A stretch of 64,000 nt of DNA, taken from positions 11,064 through 75,063 of the forward strand of contig JAKSOS010000001.1 in assembly GCA_024405475.1 (NCBI GenBank), in the 5' to 3' direction. A program made the position numbers and the translations under genes. Shown here piece by piece: positions 63,169-64,000 of this stretch; positions within the stretch are counted from its first letter, which is position 1; every line of letters begins with the position of its first letter. The DNA comes from Clostridia bacterium. Its GTDB lineage: Bacteria > Bacillota > Clostridia > Christensenellales > Borkfalkiaceae. Under the pieces are notes generated by a model, which was given only the letters and a program-made list of their open reading frames with translations, made no database searches and was not told the origin of the DNA.

Positions 63169-64000
63169 TTATTGTTGGTCTCCGCCTTGATGGAATTCCG
63201 TTCCGTCTGCACTTGCGTTAGGATCGCCTGCGCCGTTTGGATTTGCTTGTTGATATAATTTTGCAAATACAGGTTGAATTTCGGTAGATAACTTTTCGGT
63301 TGCGCTCTTTATCTTTTCTGCATCGCCACTGTCTAAATCTGCTTTGGCAACTTTGATTGCTTCTTCTACCTTTGCCTTGTCTTCTTCACTAATCTTATCG
63401 CCTGCTTCTTTAATCGTCTTTTCTGCAGAGAAAATAAGTCCGTCAAGTTGATTTCTTGCATCTACGCTTTCCTTTCTCTTTTTGTCTTGTTCTTCGTATT
63501 GTTTAGCTTCGTTTACAGCCTTATCAATATCTGCATCAGAAAGGTTTGTTGAAGACGTTATCGTGATATTTTGACTCTTGCCCGTTCCCATATCTTTTGC
63601 AGAAACGTTTACGATACCGTTTGCGTCAATATCAAAAGTAACTTCTATTTGAGGAATACCTCTTGGAGCAGGAGCAATACCCGTCAATTCAAATCTACCT
63701 AAAGTTTTGTTGTCTGCCGCAAACTCTCTTTCACCTTGTAAAATATGAATATCAACTTGTGTTTGATTATCTGCTGCCGTTGAGAAAACTTGTGATTTCT
63801 TTACAGGAATCGTCGTGTTTCTTTCAATAAGTTTTGTGCAAACGCCACCTAAAGTTTCAATACCGAGAGAAAGTGGTGTAACGTCTAAAAGTAAAACGTC
63901 TTTAACTTCGCCACTTAAAACACCGCCTTGAATTGCTGCACCGATTGCAACGCATTCATCAGGGTTAATTCCCTTAAACGGTTCTTTTCCTGTGATTTGT
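63169..64000 (-). CDS. dnaK: Molecular chaperone DnaK, C-terminal part (5' end beyond window)
   Basis: The reading frame stays open upstream of the ORF-track TTG start. My translation of 63688-63810 gives [42 protein letters not shown], continuing into [24 protein letters not shown]. Confidence 0.95.
   Translation of the reverse strand, partial: QITGKEPFKGINPDECVAIGAAIQGGVLSGEVKDVLLLDVTPLSLGIETLGGVCTKLIERNTTIPVKKSQVFSTAADNQTQVDIHILQGEREFAADNKTLGRFELTGIAPAPRGIPQIEVTFDIDANGIVNVSAKDMGTGKSQNITITSSTNLSDADIDKAVNEAKQYEEQDKKRKESVDARNQLDGLIFSAEKTIKEAGDKISEEDKAKVEEAIKVAKADLDSGDAEKIKSATEKLSTEIQPVFAKLYQQANPNGAGDPNASADGTEFHQGGDQQ

Noticed and set aside
63169-63687. ORF-track start (TTG at 63687) as the real dnaK start
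   Set aside because: The frame is open further upstream and encodes canonical DnaK substrate-binding-domain sequence up to the window edge. The gene is simply truncated by the window.
1-64000. CRISPR arrays, IS elements, prophage or toxin-antitoxin modules
   Set aside because: I saw no regularly spaced direct repeats, no transposase, integrase or recombinase-like ORFs, and no small paired ORFs with TA-like features. The intergenic regions are short and explained by promoters and terminators.

Overview
Visibly AT-rich chromosomal segment from a Bacillota (Clostridia-like, strictly anaerobic, probably spore-forming) genome. About 60 protein genes and one tRNA are packed with short gaps or overlaps. 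All but five genes lie on the minus strand. I saw no CRISPR array, transposase, integrase or rRNA.

Left third (about 3.1-24.5 kb): a redox and energy-metabolism island.
- A HydABC-type trimeric [FeFe]-hydrogenase operon. Its NuoF-like subunit is cut by one in-frame TAA, and the H-cluster L1 motif reads TSCSPGW.
- A 12.6-kb, 12-gene operon: mdh, fumC, hdrB, hdrC, hdrA, mvhD/flxD, flxC, flxB, flxA, frdB-like, frdA-like, and an AAEx-family transporter. It runs from a near-consensus promoter to a strong terminator.
- glnN (type III glutamine synthetase), then nfnA and nfnB.

The most interesting hypothesis concerns the 12-gene operon. It may encode a soluble, anchor-less fumarate reductase wired to a Flx-Hdr flavin-based electron-bifurcation module. 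That would give NADH-dependent, ferredoxin-coupled fumarate reduction fed by malate dehydrogenase and fumarase and drained by a succinate-type exporter. This is inference from gene content and motifs, not demonstrated.

Right two thirds: conserved housekeeping blocks.
- rimO-pgsA-cinA-recA-rny and ftsK/spoIIIE.
- lon-engB and uvrC.
- dgt-dnaG-rpoD-trmK-nif3, then uvrB-uvrA.
- dnaK (partial) and dnaJ.

These blocks are interspersed with a few plus-strand or uncharacterised insertions:
- a GATase-less GuaA;
- a 49-aa hydrophobic peptide gene next to an ArsR-like regulator;
- a tandem CxxC...CxxH protein;
- a mini collagen-like BclA-type protein.

All calls rest on motif recognition by eye from the supplied translations and DNA. 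No database search was run.
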